Part shown: piece by piece, positions 12,374 to 23,597 of the stretch
How positions within the stretch are numbered: position 1 is the first letter of the stretch
How the letters are laid out: every line of letters begins with the position of its first letter
Assembly: GCA_964016885.1 (NCBI GenBank)
Contig: OZ024746.1
Location: forward strand, 12,214,001 to 12,278,000
Length of the DNA: 64,000 nt
DNA from: Eledone cirrhosa
Lineage: Eukaryota
Direction of reading: 5' to 3'
Notes under the pieces: model-generated
Seen by the model: only the letters and a program-made list of their open reading frames with translations
The model's database searches: none
What the model was told of the DNA's origin: nothing
Position numbers and translations under genes: made by a program

Positions 12374-13492
12374 CAAGGTAGTGAGGTTACCACGAGAGAG
12401 TATGCCACAATAGAAATAAATTGTACTTGTGTATTTATGTATGTCAACCAAGGTAGTGAGGCTACCACGAGAGAGTATGCCACAATACAATAAATTGTAC
12501 TTGTGTATTTATGTATGTCAACCAAGGTAGTGAGGCTACCACGAGAGAGTATGCCACAATACAATAAATTGTACTTGTGTATTTATGTATGTCAACCAAG
12601 GTAGTGAGGCTACCACGAGAGAGTATGCCACAATACAATAAATTGTACTTGTGTATTTATGTATGTCAACCAAGGTAGTGAGGCTACCACGAGAGAGTAT
12701 GCCACAATACAATAAATTGTACTTGTGTATTTATGTATGTCAACCAAGGTAGTGAGGCTACCACGAGAGAGTATGCCACAATACAATAAATTGTATTTGT
12801 GTATTTATGTATGTCAACCAAGGTAGTGAGGCTACCACGAGAGAGTATGCCACAATACAATAAATTGTACTTGTGTATTTATGTATGTCAACCAAGGTAG
12901 TGAGGCTACCACGAGAGAGTATGCCACAATACAATAAATTGTACTTGTGTATTTATGTATGTCAACCAAGGTAGTGAGGCTACCACGAGAGAGTATGCCA
13001 CAATACAATAAATTGTACTTGTGTATTTATGTATGTCAACCAAGGTAGTGAGGCTACCACGAGAGAGTATGCCACAATACAATAAATTGTACTTGTGTAT
13101 TTATGTATGTCAACCAAGGTAATGAGGCTACCACGAGAGAGTATGCCACAATACAATAAATTGTACTTGTGTATTTATGTATGTCAACCAAGGTAGTGAG
13201 GCTACCACGAGAGAGTATGCCACAATACAATAAATTGTACTTGTGTATTTATGTATGTCAACCAAGGTAGTGAGGCTACCACGAGAGAGTATGCCACAAT
13301 ACAATAAATTGTACTTGTGTATTTATGTATGTCAACCAAGGTAATGAGGCTACCACGAGAGAGTATGCCACAATACAATAAATTGTACTTATGTATTTAT
13401 GTATGTCAACCAAGGTAATGAGGCTACCACGAGAGAGTATGCCACAATACAATAAATTGTACTTGTGTATTTATGTATGTCAACCAAGGTAA
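12374..13492. repeat. 74-bp minisatellite, about 15 near-identical copies
   Basis: unit caaggtagtgaggctaccacgagagagtatgccacaatacaataaattgtacttgtgtatttatgtatgtcaac; ends about 31 bp before exon 13524. Confidence 0.97.
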
Positions 13493-13523
13493 TATTTTTA
13501 AATTGTCTTTATTTCCATCACAG

Positions 13524-13634
13524 CAAAAAGAAGCCAAGTTCTTTGAAAATATCTTGGATGGTCAATTTTTGAGGCAGGATCCTTCATATTACCGTGTTGC
13601 CTACTTTGGACAAACATTCCCCAAATTCCTGCGG
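13524..13634 (+). CDS. DOCK3/4: DOCK-B exon QKEAKFFENILDGQFLRQDPSYYRVAYFGQTFPKFLR
   Basis: catcacag| and |gtaagt; 37 codons; matches 'FRVGFYG..FP.FLR'. Confidence 0.95.
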
Positions 13635-14209
13635 GTAAGTGCCATCTGTCGCATATTATAAAATTATGTTTCTATTTAACTGAAATACGTGCTTCTAATG
13701 TGCGTGCACACACACACATATAATAATCATCATCATTCATCATCATCATCATTCATCATCATTTCCATTTAACATCAATTTTTCCATGCTTGCATGGGTC
13801 GTCCACGCCGGGAAGCAAGTCTGGCCAGGGTTGGCCATGTGTCACACCTTGCTCTGGCGGGGACTGTAAATTTGGCTGCGTATTTTACAGCTGGATGCGC
13901 TTCCTTAACACCAACCACGTTTACAGTGTGGAACTGGATGGCTCTGTTATGAGAAGGGACAGGCCAGTTGGCCATGTTTTTGGAGCCCAACTCATGACAC
14001 AGTGGAACCATAGTTTTAGAGCCCGGTACTGGATAGCACCAATACGGGGAGCCTAACCGATCTCACAGCGCAATCACAGTTTTGGGGCCCAGTACTGGAT
14101 GACACTGCTATGAGGAGGGACAGTTGCAGAACCACAGTTTGGGAGTCTGGTGTTGGATGGTACAACTATGCGAAGGGACCTGTGATACCAATATGAGGTA
14201 GGATAGGCT

Positions 14210-15857
14210 GATATAGCTGCTATTTCTAGCATACCTATGTTCCACCATGAGGTTCCCCTATTTGGATTCCATTTCTAGCACACACATGGACCACTATGAG
14301 GTTTCCCCCCTTTTAGCTGATGTAGCTGCTATTTCTAGTACACTTATGGATCTCTATGAGGTTACCCCTATTTAGCTTCTATTTCTAGCACACTTATGGA
14401 CCACCATGAGATCTCCCTATTTAGCTGCTATTTCTTGCACACCTATGGACCACCATGAGGTTCCCTCTTTTTAGCTGCTTCTTCTAGCACACATAGGGAG
14501 CTCTTTGAGGTTCTGCCTATTTAGCTGCTATTTCTAGCACATCTATTGACCACTATGAGGTTCCCCCTATTTAGCTGCTATTTCTAACACACGTATGGAC
14601 CACCATGATGTTCACCCTATTTAGCTACTATTTCCCACACAGATATGGACCACCTTGAGGTTCTTCCTATTTAGCTGCTATTCTAGCACACCTATGGACC
14701 AAATTGAGGTTCCATCTATTTGGCTGCTATTTCTCGCACACCTATGGACCACCGTGAGGTTCTTTTTTTTTAGTTGCTATTTCTAGCATACCTCTGGACC
14801 ACTATGAGGTTCCCCTATTTAGCTGCTATTTCTAGCACACTTATGGACCACTATGAGGTTCTCTCTATTTAGGGCACACGTATGGCCCACCATAAGGTTC
14901 ACCCTATTTAGCTGTCATTTTTAGCACACCTATGGACCACCATGAGGTTCCCTTATTTAGCTGCTAATTCTAGCACACCTATGGACCACCATGAGGTTCC
15001 CTTATTTAGCTGCTATTTCTAGTACACCTATGGACCACCATGAGGTTCTCCCTATTTAGCTGCTATTTCTAGCACACCTATGGACCACCATGAAGGTCTC
15101 CCTATTTAGCTGCTAATTCTAGCATACCTCTGGACCACCATCAGGTTCCCCTATTTAGCTGCTATTTCTTGCACACCCATGAGTTCTGCCTTTTTGGTTG
15201 CTATTTCTAGCACACATATGAACCACCATGAGAGTCCCCCTATTTAGCTGCTATTTCTAGCACACCTATTGACCACAATGCCCCCCCCCCCCTTATTTAG
15301 CTGCTATTTCTAGCACAAGTATGAACCACCATAAGTTTCACACTATTCAGCTGCTATTTCTAGCACACCAATGGACCATCGTGAGGTTCCCCTATTTAAC
15401 TGCTTTTTATAGTGCACCTATGGAACACCATCAGGTTCTTTTTTAGTTGCTATTTCTAGCACACCTATGGACCATCATTAGGGTCTCCCTATTTAGCTCC
15501 TATTTCTAGCACACATATGGGGCACCATGATGTTCTCCCTATTTAGCTGCTATTTCTAGCACATCTATGGTCCACCATGATGTTCCCCCTGTTTAGCTGA
15601 TGTAGCTGCCATTTCTAGCACGCGTATGGACCACCATGAGGTTCTTTTTTTAGTTGCTATATTCAGCACACCTCTGGACCACTATGAGGTTCCCATATTT
15701 TGCTGCTGTTTCTAGCACATCTATGGCCCACCATGATGTTCCCCCTGTTTAGCTGATGTAGCTGCCATTTCTAGCACGCTTATGGACTACTCTAAGGTTC
15801 CTCTTATTTAGCTGCTATCTTTAGCACATCTATTGTCCACCATGAGGTTCCCCTGTT
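14210..15857. repeat. Diverged satellite of about 50 bp, about 30 copies
   Basis: consensus tatttagctgctatttctagcacacctatggaccaccatgaggttcccc. Confidence 0.93.
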
Positions 15858-15909
15858 ATATACTTCGTTATTGGCTGCATGACCCTCCCATAGTATAATA
15901 ACACACACC

Positions 15910-15965
<56 letters not shown>

Positions 15966-15979
15966 AAATATATATATAT

Positions 15980-17722
15980 AGGAAATACTTATGGTTCAAT
16001 CCAATATTTAACTCCTCTATAAAAACTAAACTACCTTCTACATTCTTTAAATTAATTGACAAGCACTTCCCTAAACTTCACAAATACCATAAAATCTTTA
16101 ATAGAAATACTATCAAACTATCTTACTCTACTGCAGCCAACATAGAATCACACATACATAAAATTAACTATAAAAGAATCTCTAATGAAAATAACCTACA
16201 AACAAACACCAAAACACCAAATACAAAACACAAACACATAACAACATTGCAACCACATACATGTCAGAACGTATCGCAACAAAGCATCAACAAACCCAAA
16301 TCTCAGCCCATACATAACAACATACAAAACCGCATTGATGAACCGGCACACAGGAAGGCCTCAAATTGTAACTGTCACTTACCGGATAAGTGCCCACTAC
16401 AAAATAGATGCCTGGAGTCAAATATAGTGTACCTGTGTACTATAAATTCAGGCAACTTAGCATGGCACTACATAGGTTCTACAGCCGGGGAGTTAAAAAA
16501 AAGATGGTACGTCCACAGACACTCTATAAATAACCATAGACTAATGAACACAACAACGCTCACCAATAAAATCTGGCAGCTTAAAGATACAAACCAGGAA
16601 TACGGGATTAGCTGGTTGAAACTGTCAGTGGCAAAGGCCTACAGAAATGGAATGTCCCACTGCGGACTTTGCAATATAGAGTTGCTCCATATTTAAAAAT
16701 ATGACAAAATGCTGCTTAACAGCAAAATAGAACGGTCAATTTTCTGTAGACATAAAGCAGCTACTAAATTCGCTAATTTCAAACCAACTTGATTCAACCC
16801 AACAATTCCATAATTCAAACTGTACCACCTGAGTCTATTATAATAACCCATTATTATTAACTATCAATAAATCAACTAATCACTGAATCAACATCATAAC
16901 CTCCTAACCTTTCTTTCTTTCACCCTCCTTCCCTAAAACTGTTTCACCTCTTCCATTATATTCTATCATTGTTCTCTTCACTTCTAACATAACTTCCAAT
17001 TTATTAATTTATCCTTTATTTAGCACTGTACTATTTCTTCATAATATAATTTAACCAATACATATATGTATATATTTAATATTTTCATGTTTATACCATC
17101 ACATCTTTATATTTTAACCACCACTACCATTTTCAACAATCATATTATGATCACTTTTCTTCACACACATAAATTCTTTTACTTATTTTTTTTCATCTTC
17201 ATTCTAACTTATTTATTATTTATTTATTATTTTTTCTTTTTCTTTTTTCTCTTTTCTTTTCTTTTTTCTTCTTTTTTCTTTTTCTTTTCTCTTTTCTTTT
17301 TTCTTCTTTTTTCTTTTTCTCTGTCTCTTTTTCTTTTTTCCTTTTCTTTCTTTATTACTGATGTTGTGATTTGAATTTTCCTAGTATATTACAAATGCTG
17401 TGTATAATTTTAATCAGTTTTTCCGATGATTTGATTAGGCATACATTGTATTTAAAATTAAGTGCCACAGCTTCAAGTGATTAGCAATTTTTAGACAACC
17501 TAATCAATGAAACAATTGTTAATACTGTAAATAAAACCCTTTTTGTACTGTTGACCATGTTATTCTTCACTCCAAGATTAACGTGCATAGGAATTCCCAA
17601 GAAATTGCAACCTAACTAAGAAAACCTCTTGTTGAGTCAAACAACGCCATACATTAAAACTATCCACAATACGGAGAATTCACAACCTCTAACTGGATTA
17701 CCTATAACGATAATTTGTTATC

Positions 17723-17725
<3 letters not shown>
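15980..17725 (+). mobile_element. 5'-truncated Penelope-like retroelement (Neptune/Nematis-like GIY-YIG) with 3' pLTR region
   Basis: one frame from 15980 to 16792: WFNP..IDKHFP..KIFNRNTIKLSYS..CNC..CPL..CL..IVY..YIGST..CGLC..LLN..CRH, with one in-frame TAA at 16694; hammerhead-like motif downstream. Confidence 0.88.
17415..17528 (+). ncRNA. Variant hammerhead-like motif with a long stem II loop
   Basis: cagtt..CCGATGA-t-TTGATTAGG-(59 nt)-CCTAATCAA-t-GAAAC-AATT-GTTA-atactg. Confidence 0.55.
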
Positions 17726-17759
<34 letters not shown>

Positions 17760-17765
<6 letters not shown>

Positions 17766-19879
17766 AAAATTGAATGGGAACAAAACAGAGAGGCAGTACG
17801 AACAAAGGTTTATTAGTTTCACAGTCTTGAGAGTGAGGTGGTGGTGAGGAACGACGTTTCGGGCATAAGCCCTTCTTCAGGCGAAAAGTGTGTGAGAAGA
17901 GAGTTCCAAGGGTGTGTAGGGGAGTGGGGGAGAGACATTTAGAAAAAAAGGGGTGAGAGGAAACGGTACAAATGAAAATAAATATAAAAGCATAATAAAA
18001 ATAAACATGAAGTTAAACAAGTGGTGGAAGGGTGTGGGGCGTGTAGGGGTGGAGTGGGGAGAGGGAGGCAGGGTGTCCGAGTGGGGAGGGCTGTAGGTGT
18101 ACGTGTGTGTGTATGTGAATGTGAGAGTTGGGGGAAGAACGGGGTTGCATGTTCAGGAAAAGGTGTGTGTGGGGTGGGGTGTAGGTCGGTGTGCGTGTGT
18201 GGATGGGGAGGGGGGAGAGAGGATTCCGGAGGCTGAGTGTGTAAATATGTGGTGGTACGCACGTGTGTGTGGTGTTTATACGTATTGTGGATGTAGGAAG
18301 GCGTGTGGGAAAAAAAAATGTTTGTGAGTGTATGTCCGTGGGTAAGTTCCTAAGGTAGTTCCGTAGAGGGTTAGGTGGGATGCCGGATAATTTCCTTGTG
18401 ATGGAGTTGATTTGTGGGAGCGATGTCCAATGTGTGTAATCCGTGGTTGGGTTGGTCGGAAGAGGGGAGATGTGGGGTGCGCGCGCAACAGGAAGTGGTC
18501 AGAGGGTCAAGGCAGAAGGAGGGTTGTGTGTCTGTGTGTGCGGAGAGGTGGTCAGAGGGTCAGGGCATAGCAGCAGTAGGGGAGAATGGCAGGTGGAGAA
18601 AGTCGGTGTGTCAGTGTATGCGGAGGTGCGGTGGACAGGGGAGAGGATGGGTAGGTGTGAAAGGTGGAGTGGGGAGGGGGGTGTATTAGTAGAGGTGTTA
18701 GTGGGATGTGTGTGTGTGTGTGTGTGTGAGAAGGGGTGTGGGTGGAGCGGGGGGAGAGAAAGGTGTGGGGGCCGGTGGAGGGAGTGTAGTGTACTGTTGT
18801 GTGTGTGTGGTGAAGGGGGTGTTAGTGGGTGTTAGTATACTGGTGGTGGGGAAAGGGTTGAATGCGGGTGTTAGTGGGGGTCAGTGGTGGTAGGGTGTGT
18901 AGAGTGGGTGGTGTAAGTGGGTGTGTGGGGTCGGGGGGGGTGTTGTTAGTGGTATTAGTTGTGGGGTGGTGGGAGTGGATGGGTGGGTGAGGGTTAGTGG
19001 TGGTAGTAGGGTGTGTGGTTAGTGTGAGTGCGTGTATATATGTACCGGTGGGTGTGTGCGTGATAAGGGGAGTGGGGGGGGAGAAGAAAGGATGTTAGTA
19101 TTGTTAGTTGGGGAAGGGTGGTCGGGTGTGGGGTGGGGGTGTTAGTATTGTTAGTTGTGGGGGTGAGCGGTGAAAAGGAGGAGTGTGTTAGTGGTGTTAG
19201 TGGGGGATGTGTGTGTGTGTGTGGGGGGGGGGGGGGGTCGAAGGCTAAAGGAATAGGGGTGGGGGAGTTCAGGCCGAGGTGAATGTGGCTCTGTAGGGTG
19301 AAGATGGTGCGTTGTTCGACCCTGATGAGGGTGGCGGGTGTTCCGTGGGATTGGAGTAGGCCACAGACTGTGAGGTGGTGCGCAGAATGTCTAGGGGAGC
19401 CAAAGTGGCGGGCGATGGGGGAACTACCGCCGAGACGAATATCCCGGAGGTGTTCGGTGAAACGGTCCGCCAGGCGACGTCAGTCTGTCCGACGTAGGCT
19501 GCGTTGCACCCCGTGCAGCGAAGTCCATAGACTAGGAGGAGGTGCAGCGTGAGGCGTGCCGGGCAGAGAGATGGAGTGGCCGTTGGGACCCTGGAAGGTG
19601 TTGGTGATGGTGATATGGGGGCAGGTGTTGCAACGAGGCCTGGAACAGGGAAGGGAACCGGGGAGGGGAGCTGCAGATGAGGAGGGTGCGGAGATTGCGT
19701 GCGCGTTTGAAGGTGGGGGTGGGGCTGGGAAGATGTGGGAGGTGGAGGGGTCGGAAGAGGCGGAGGATGGAGGGGTGGTAGGTGATGGGGAAGGGGAGAC
19801 GGTGGGTGGGTGTGCGGTGGCGTGGGGTGAGGGTGGTGGAGCGGTGGACAGCACGGGCGTGAGTGAGAGCGGTGTGGAC
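17760..19879 (-). mobile_element. 5'-truncated Penelope/Poseidon-like retroelement (GIY-YIG relic, C-rich UTR, hammerhead)
   Basis: frameshifted PCSRPRCNTCPHI..LVYGLRCTGCNAAYVGQT..DRFTEHLRDIR..PIARHF..GLNS at 19267-19670. Confidence 0.85.
17853..17880 (-). ncRNA. Minimal type I hammerhead ribozyme motif of a Penelope-like element
   Basis: minus strand CTGAAGA-a-GGGC-ttat-GCCC-GAAA-CGTC; core intact, stem I pairing weak. Confidence 0.75.
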
Positions 19880-20022
19880 GATATATATATATATATATAC
19901 ACACATATGCATACATATATGTTTGTGTGTTAACTGTGTGAAAAAATGAGAAAGTGTATTTAATTAGAAATATGGAAATGAAAGGGTTAAAAGTATAAAA
20001 CATTTTTTTTCTTTTTTTCTAG

Positions 20023-20164
20023 AACAAAGTATTCATATATCGTGGTGATGAATACCTTAAATTACAAATGATTATGACCCATTTAACAACAGAATTCCCA
20101 ATGGCTACCATACTTATTCACAACCACCCTCCAGATGAAATTATGAAGCAAGGCGATCAACAGT
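20023..20164 (+). CDS. DOCK3/4: DOCK-B exon NKVFIYRGDEYLKLQ...FPMATILIHNHPPDEIMKQGDQQ(Y)
   Basis: tttttctag| acceptor; ends in phase 1 at |GTATCCATTT (U12-like donor); matches 'NK.F.YRG..YE'. Confidence 0.92.
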
Positions 20165-21049
20165 GTATCCATTTTCAAAAGAGTTTTCATGTTATTTTTC
20201 TGTATTTTTCTTTTGATCTTTTTGTGGCAGTGCAATGGCAGAATTGGTAGAGCATTGGAATTAAAGTATGCATTGAGACAGCATGGGATTGGAAAGGACT
20301 CTCTAGTCTGACCTAGACTCTGATAACCTCTCTAGTGCTGAGGTCAGAAAATGCACCCAGTTCACCATTAGAAAGTGTTTGTGTTGGTTCCATGATAAAA
20401 TGCACCCTGACCCACAGGTGGCACTGTCCACTTTTGTCCATCTCTAGGGTCTTATATACCCAAATAGTTTTACTATTTTTCATCTCTAGGGTCTTATATA
20501 CCCAAATTGTTTGATTATTTTCATATACAAAAACTTGTATTGAAGCTGTTTACTTCAAACTAACATACATTATAAATTACTACCCTTAGCTTAGAAATAA
20601 AGATTCTTTGTTCAAATCCTGACATTGTACATATCCGTGGATATGATACTAGATGACTCTCTGAGATTGAACCAATTAACACACATGTAAATATTGTAAA
20701 TATACTCTCTAAAGATGAAGACAATAATCCATTACTGCCATCATCATCATCATTTATTGTAACTCCTTTCAAAGAGATTTCTTTTACATTCCTAAAACAA
20801 AATTGATATATATATATATATAAGGGCGGTGAATTGGCAGTATCGGTAGAGGGTTGGACGCCATGTTTTCTAGCATAGTTACGTCCCTTTACAGTCTGAG
20901 TTCAAATCCCGCTGAGGTTAACTTTGCCTTTCATCCTTACGGGGTCGATAAAATAAAGTACCAGTAATGTACTGGGTAATTGCTGGCCTTGTGCCTAAAG
21001 TAGAAACAATTATATATATATATATATATATCTTCTTAACTCACCTAAG
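20165..21049 (+). other. U12-type (minor spliceosome) GT-AG intron
   Basis: 5' site GTATCCATTT; branch site TTCTTAAC (21033-21040) 9 nt before the 3' splice site; no polypyrimidine tract; the join T|AT restores the conserved Q-Y-I-Q-I. Confidence 0.8.
20824..21011 (+). mobile_element. SINE family B (about 190 bp, tRNA-like head, core ACTTTGCCTTTCATCCTTACGGGGTCGATAAAATAAAGTACC)
   Basis: B box GAGTTCAAATCC; at least 15 related copies in the window (about 70-215, 849-985, 1480-1700, 4555-4715, 9182-9400, 36120-36285, 62002-62184 and others). Confidence 0.88.
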
Positions 21050-21213
21050 ATATCCAGATAAGTTGTGTAAAGCCTTTCAAAATAGATCAAGAAGATATTA
21101 CTCAGTCTATTCCTCGGGAAGTGAGGTCATTCTACCAAGTCAATGAAATAGACACATTTTTATATGATAGACCATACCACAGAGCAGAAAAGGATAAAAA
21201 TAATGAATTTAAG
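21050..21213 (+). CDS. DOCK3/4: DOCK-B exon (Y)IQISCVKPF...VRSFYQVNEIDTFLYDRPYHRAEKDKNNEFK (lobe B)
   Basis: cctaag| and |gtagga; matches 'QYLQIYAVTP...KSFYRVN.V..F.YDRPFHKG.KDKENEFK'. Confidence 0.92.
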
Positions 21214-22233
21214 GTAGGAGAAATAGTTTTTGTTTGCTTCAATATTTTCACTCCATTTTCAGGTTCCTTGATGTTCAATGTATGTGTGTACATAAGAATG
21301 TGTTTGTTTGTGTGTGCATGTGTGTGTACATGTCTTTGTGTGTATTTTTAGATGAATTGTTAAGTTTTTTTCTCATTTTCTAATTTACATATTTATGTCA
21401 TCATCATCATCATCGTTTAACGTCCATCTTCTACGCTTGCATGGGTTTGGACGGAACAGTGTGTATGAAGAATTGAAAATACCAAGTAGATTGTGATATG
21501 GATGACCATGTATTGCATTGGGGTGTTTTTTTGTTAAGATATTTTGTTGAGTTCATGCTAAGCTAGGGAACTGGAACTATGGTAAAGTCACCTGGATTAG
21601 ATTAGTATCTGGCACAGTGGTGTATTTGCCCCAACTAACTGCATATATAGCAAAGTCATCTATTGGAGTGAGAGATTTGACCCAGGTAACAGGATGTCTG
21701 GCAAAATCACATCAAATAGATTTGTATTTGATATACTAATATATTTGCTCCACATTTAATTATCTTTATGCTGTGGGTATAGTAGAGTCAGATGGTTAAG
21801 AAGTTTGCTTTGCAGTCATTAGTTCCTGGGTTTGATTCTACTGAGTGGCATCTTGGGTAAGTGTCATTTATCAAAGACTTGGGTTGACCTATTTCCAGTG
21901 AACTGAAAGCCAATGAACTGGTAGTTCAACACCATATTTATTTGGTGATTTCACTTTCTGTCTTCCCTTCTTCTTTGCCCATTTATTCCTGGGAGGCTCA
22001 TGTGGGCAAAGTCCTGAAGCAAGCCTTCCAGGGTCCTGTCAGTAGCATACAATTGATCCAGCTGAATCTCCAAGCGAGACCAGCTGAGCTCATGGATGTT
22101 ATCCAACCATCTTGCTCAGGGTCTACCACCTGGTCTCCTGCTGGTTGGTTTTACCTGTAAAATCTGTCTAGGTGTGTTTGTGTGTTTGATAAAGTATATG
22201 TATGTATATATATTTTTTCTTCTCTTTTTCTAG

Positions 22234-22497
22234 ACTCTCTGTATAGAACGATTTATAATAAAGACCATTGAAAGATTACCTGGCATTTTGCGCTGGTATG
22301 AAGTGGAAGGCATTGATATAAAAAGTCTGACTCCAATTGAAGGTGCCATTGACATGATGAAACAGGTGACCAAAGATTTGATAATTCAGATTGAAAAATG
22401 TCAAATCAAACCTGCCTCCGAGATTACTTTGCTCTCAATGAAACTCAGGGGCACAATCAATGCTACTGTGAATGGAGGTATAACCAAATATCAAGAG
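22234..22497 (+). CDS. DOCK3/4: DOCK-B exon TLCIER...LPGILRWYEV...LLSMKLRGTINATVNGGITKYQE (lobe B/C, nucleotide-sensor Val)
   Basis: tttttctag| and |gtaact; 88 codons; sensor Val codon GTG at 22468-22470. Confidence 0.96.
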
Positions 22498-22632
22498 GTA
22501 ACTTATTTTTACATCTCCTCCTCTTCTTCCTCCTCCTCCTCATCATCATCGTCATCATCATTATTGTCAATTCCACATTCAGTTATGTCAAGAATGTCCT
22601 AATATTTTGAAATTTATTTTTTGCTATTCTAG

Positions 22633-22716
22633 GCCTTTTTCACCCAAGAATTTGCGACTAAATACCCAGATGAATTAAAACATTTAGAAGAATTAAAAGA
22701 TGTCATGCTAGGCCAA
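22633..22716 (+). CDS. DOCK3/4: DOCK-B exon AFFTQEFATKYPDELKHLEELKDVMLGQ
   Basis: ctattctag| and |gtaagt; 28 codons; completes YQE-AFF. Confidence 0.95.
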
Positions 22717-22999
22717 GTAAGTCCTTATTTATTGTCACCACCAGTTTTTACACTGTCAGTAAATATTTGCTCATTTACCAAGGACTAAATTACTAGTTGA
22801 CTAGTAATGCTACTATTATACTGTTTCTATTTATTCTATATTTCCTATACATTTGTAAACTTAGTATACTATCATTTTAACCCCTCTCTCTCTTTTTCTT
22901 TGTGTGTCTGCCTTTCTCTCTGCTTTCCCCTATTTCACACTTTCTATTGTTCTTTTGTTTATTATGAACACACATATTAATTATATTGTTTTCTTTCAG

Positions 23000-23125
23000 C
23001 TTCAAGTACTTGAAAATGGTCTAACTTTACATGGGGATCATGTCACTGATGCTATGTACCCTTTACATAAAACTATGGAAGAACATTTAATTACTTTAAA
23101 GAAAAGTATTAAGCAGGCAATTACT
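23000..23125 (+). CDS. DOCK3/4: DOCK-B exon LQVLENGLTLHGDHVTDAMYPLHKTMEEHLITLKKSIKQAIT (end of DHR-2)
   Basis: ttctttcag| and |gtaagt; 42 codons; matches 'L..GL.VH...V...M.PLH'. Confidence 0.95.
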
Positions 23126-23597
23126 GTAAGTTCTGTTTTTAAAAACGTTCTTTTCACTAATTTCCCAATCTACTTATTTTTCAATATGTTTACATTTTTT
23201 AAGCAAATACTAACTGAAACTTATATTTGGGGAAGGTCATGTCTTAATATTGCCAAAAATAATAATAAACACACTCACTGTTTGGTTTGGTTTTTGCTTC
23301 AATTCAGTATATTTTAATATTTTTATAAATAGTTTAACTGGCAATCAATGTTTATCATTGATTGACCAACAGTTAAAAATACAAATATAAATATAATTTC
23401 TCAAAGTTCTTTCATCAGCCATTTTTCTGTGACATCTTCAGTGATTTCCTCCCCTTGTGTTTCTATAACTAACTGAAACATTTATTGAGAAAACAACATT
23501 ATCACCAGTACTTCTGCCACCTATCATTATTGTAATCACTTTTGAAAGAAAGGTTAACCTGGGGAAGGTAAAGGGAGTCACTATATGACACAGTTGT

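Noticed and set aside
10056-15857. Regular repeats as a CRISPR array
   Set aside because: Units are contiguous with no unique spacers, there are no cas genes, and the context is a eukaryotic intron.
21051-21057. Alternative acceptor tatccag at 21057
   Set aside because: Out of frame with the donor at 20165 and removes the conserved Y-I-Q residues.
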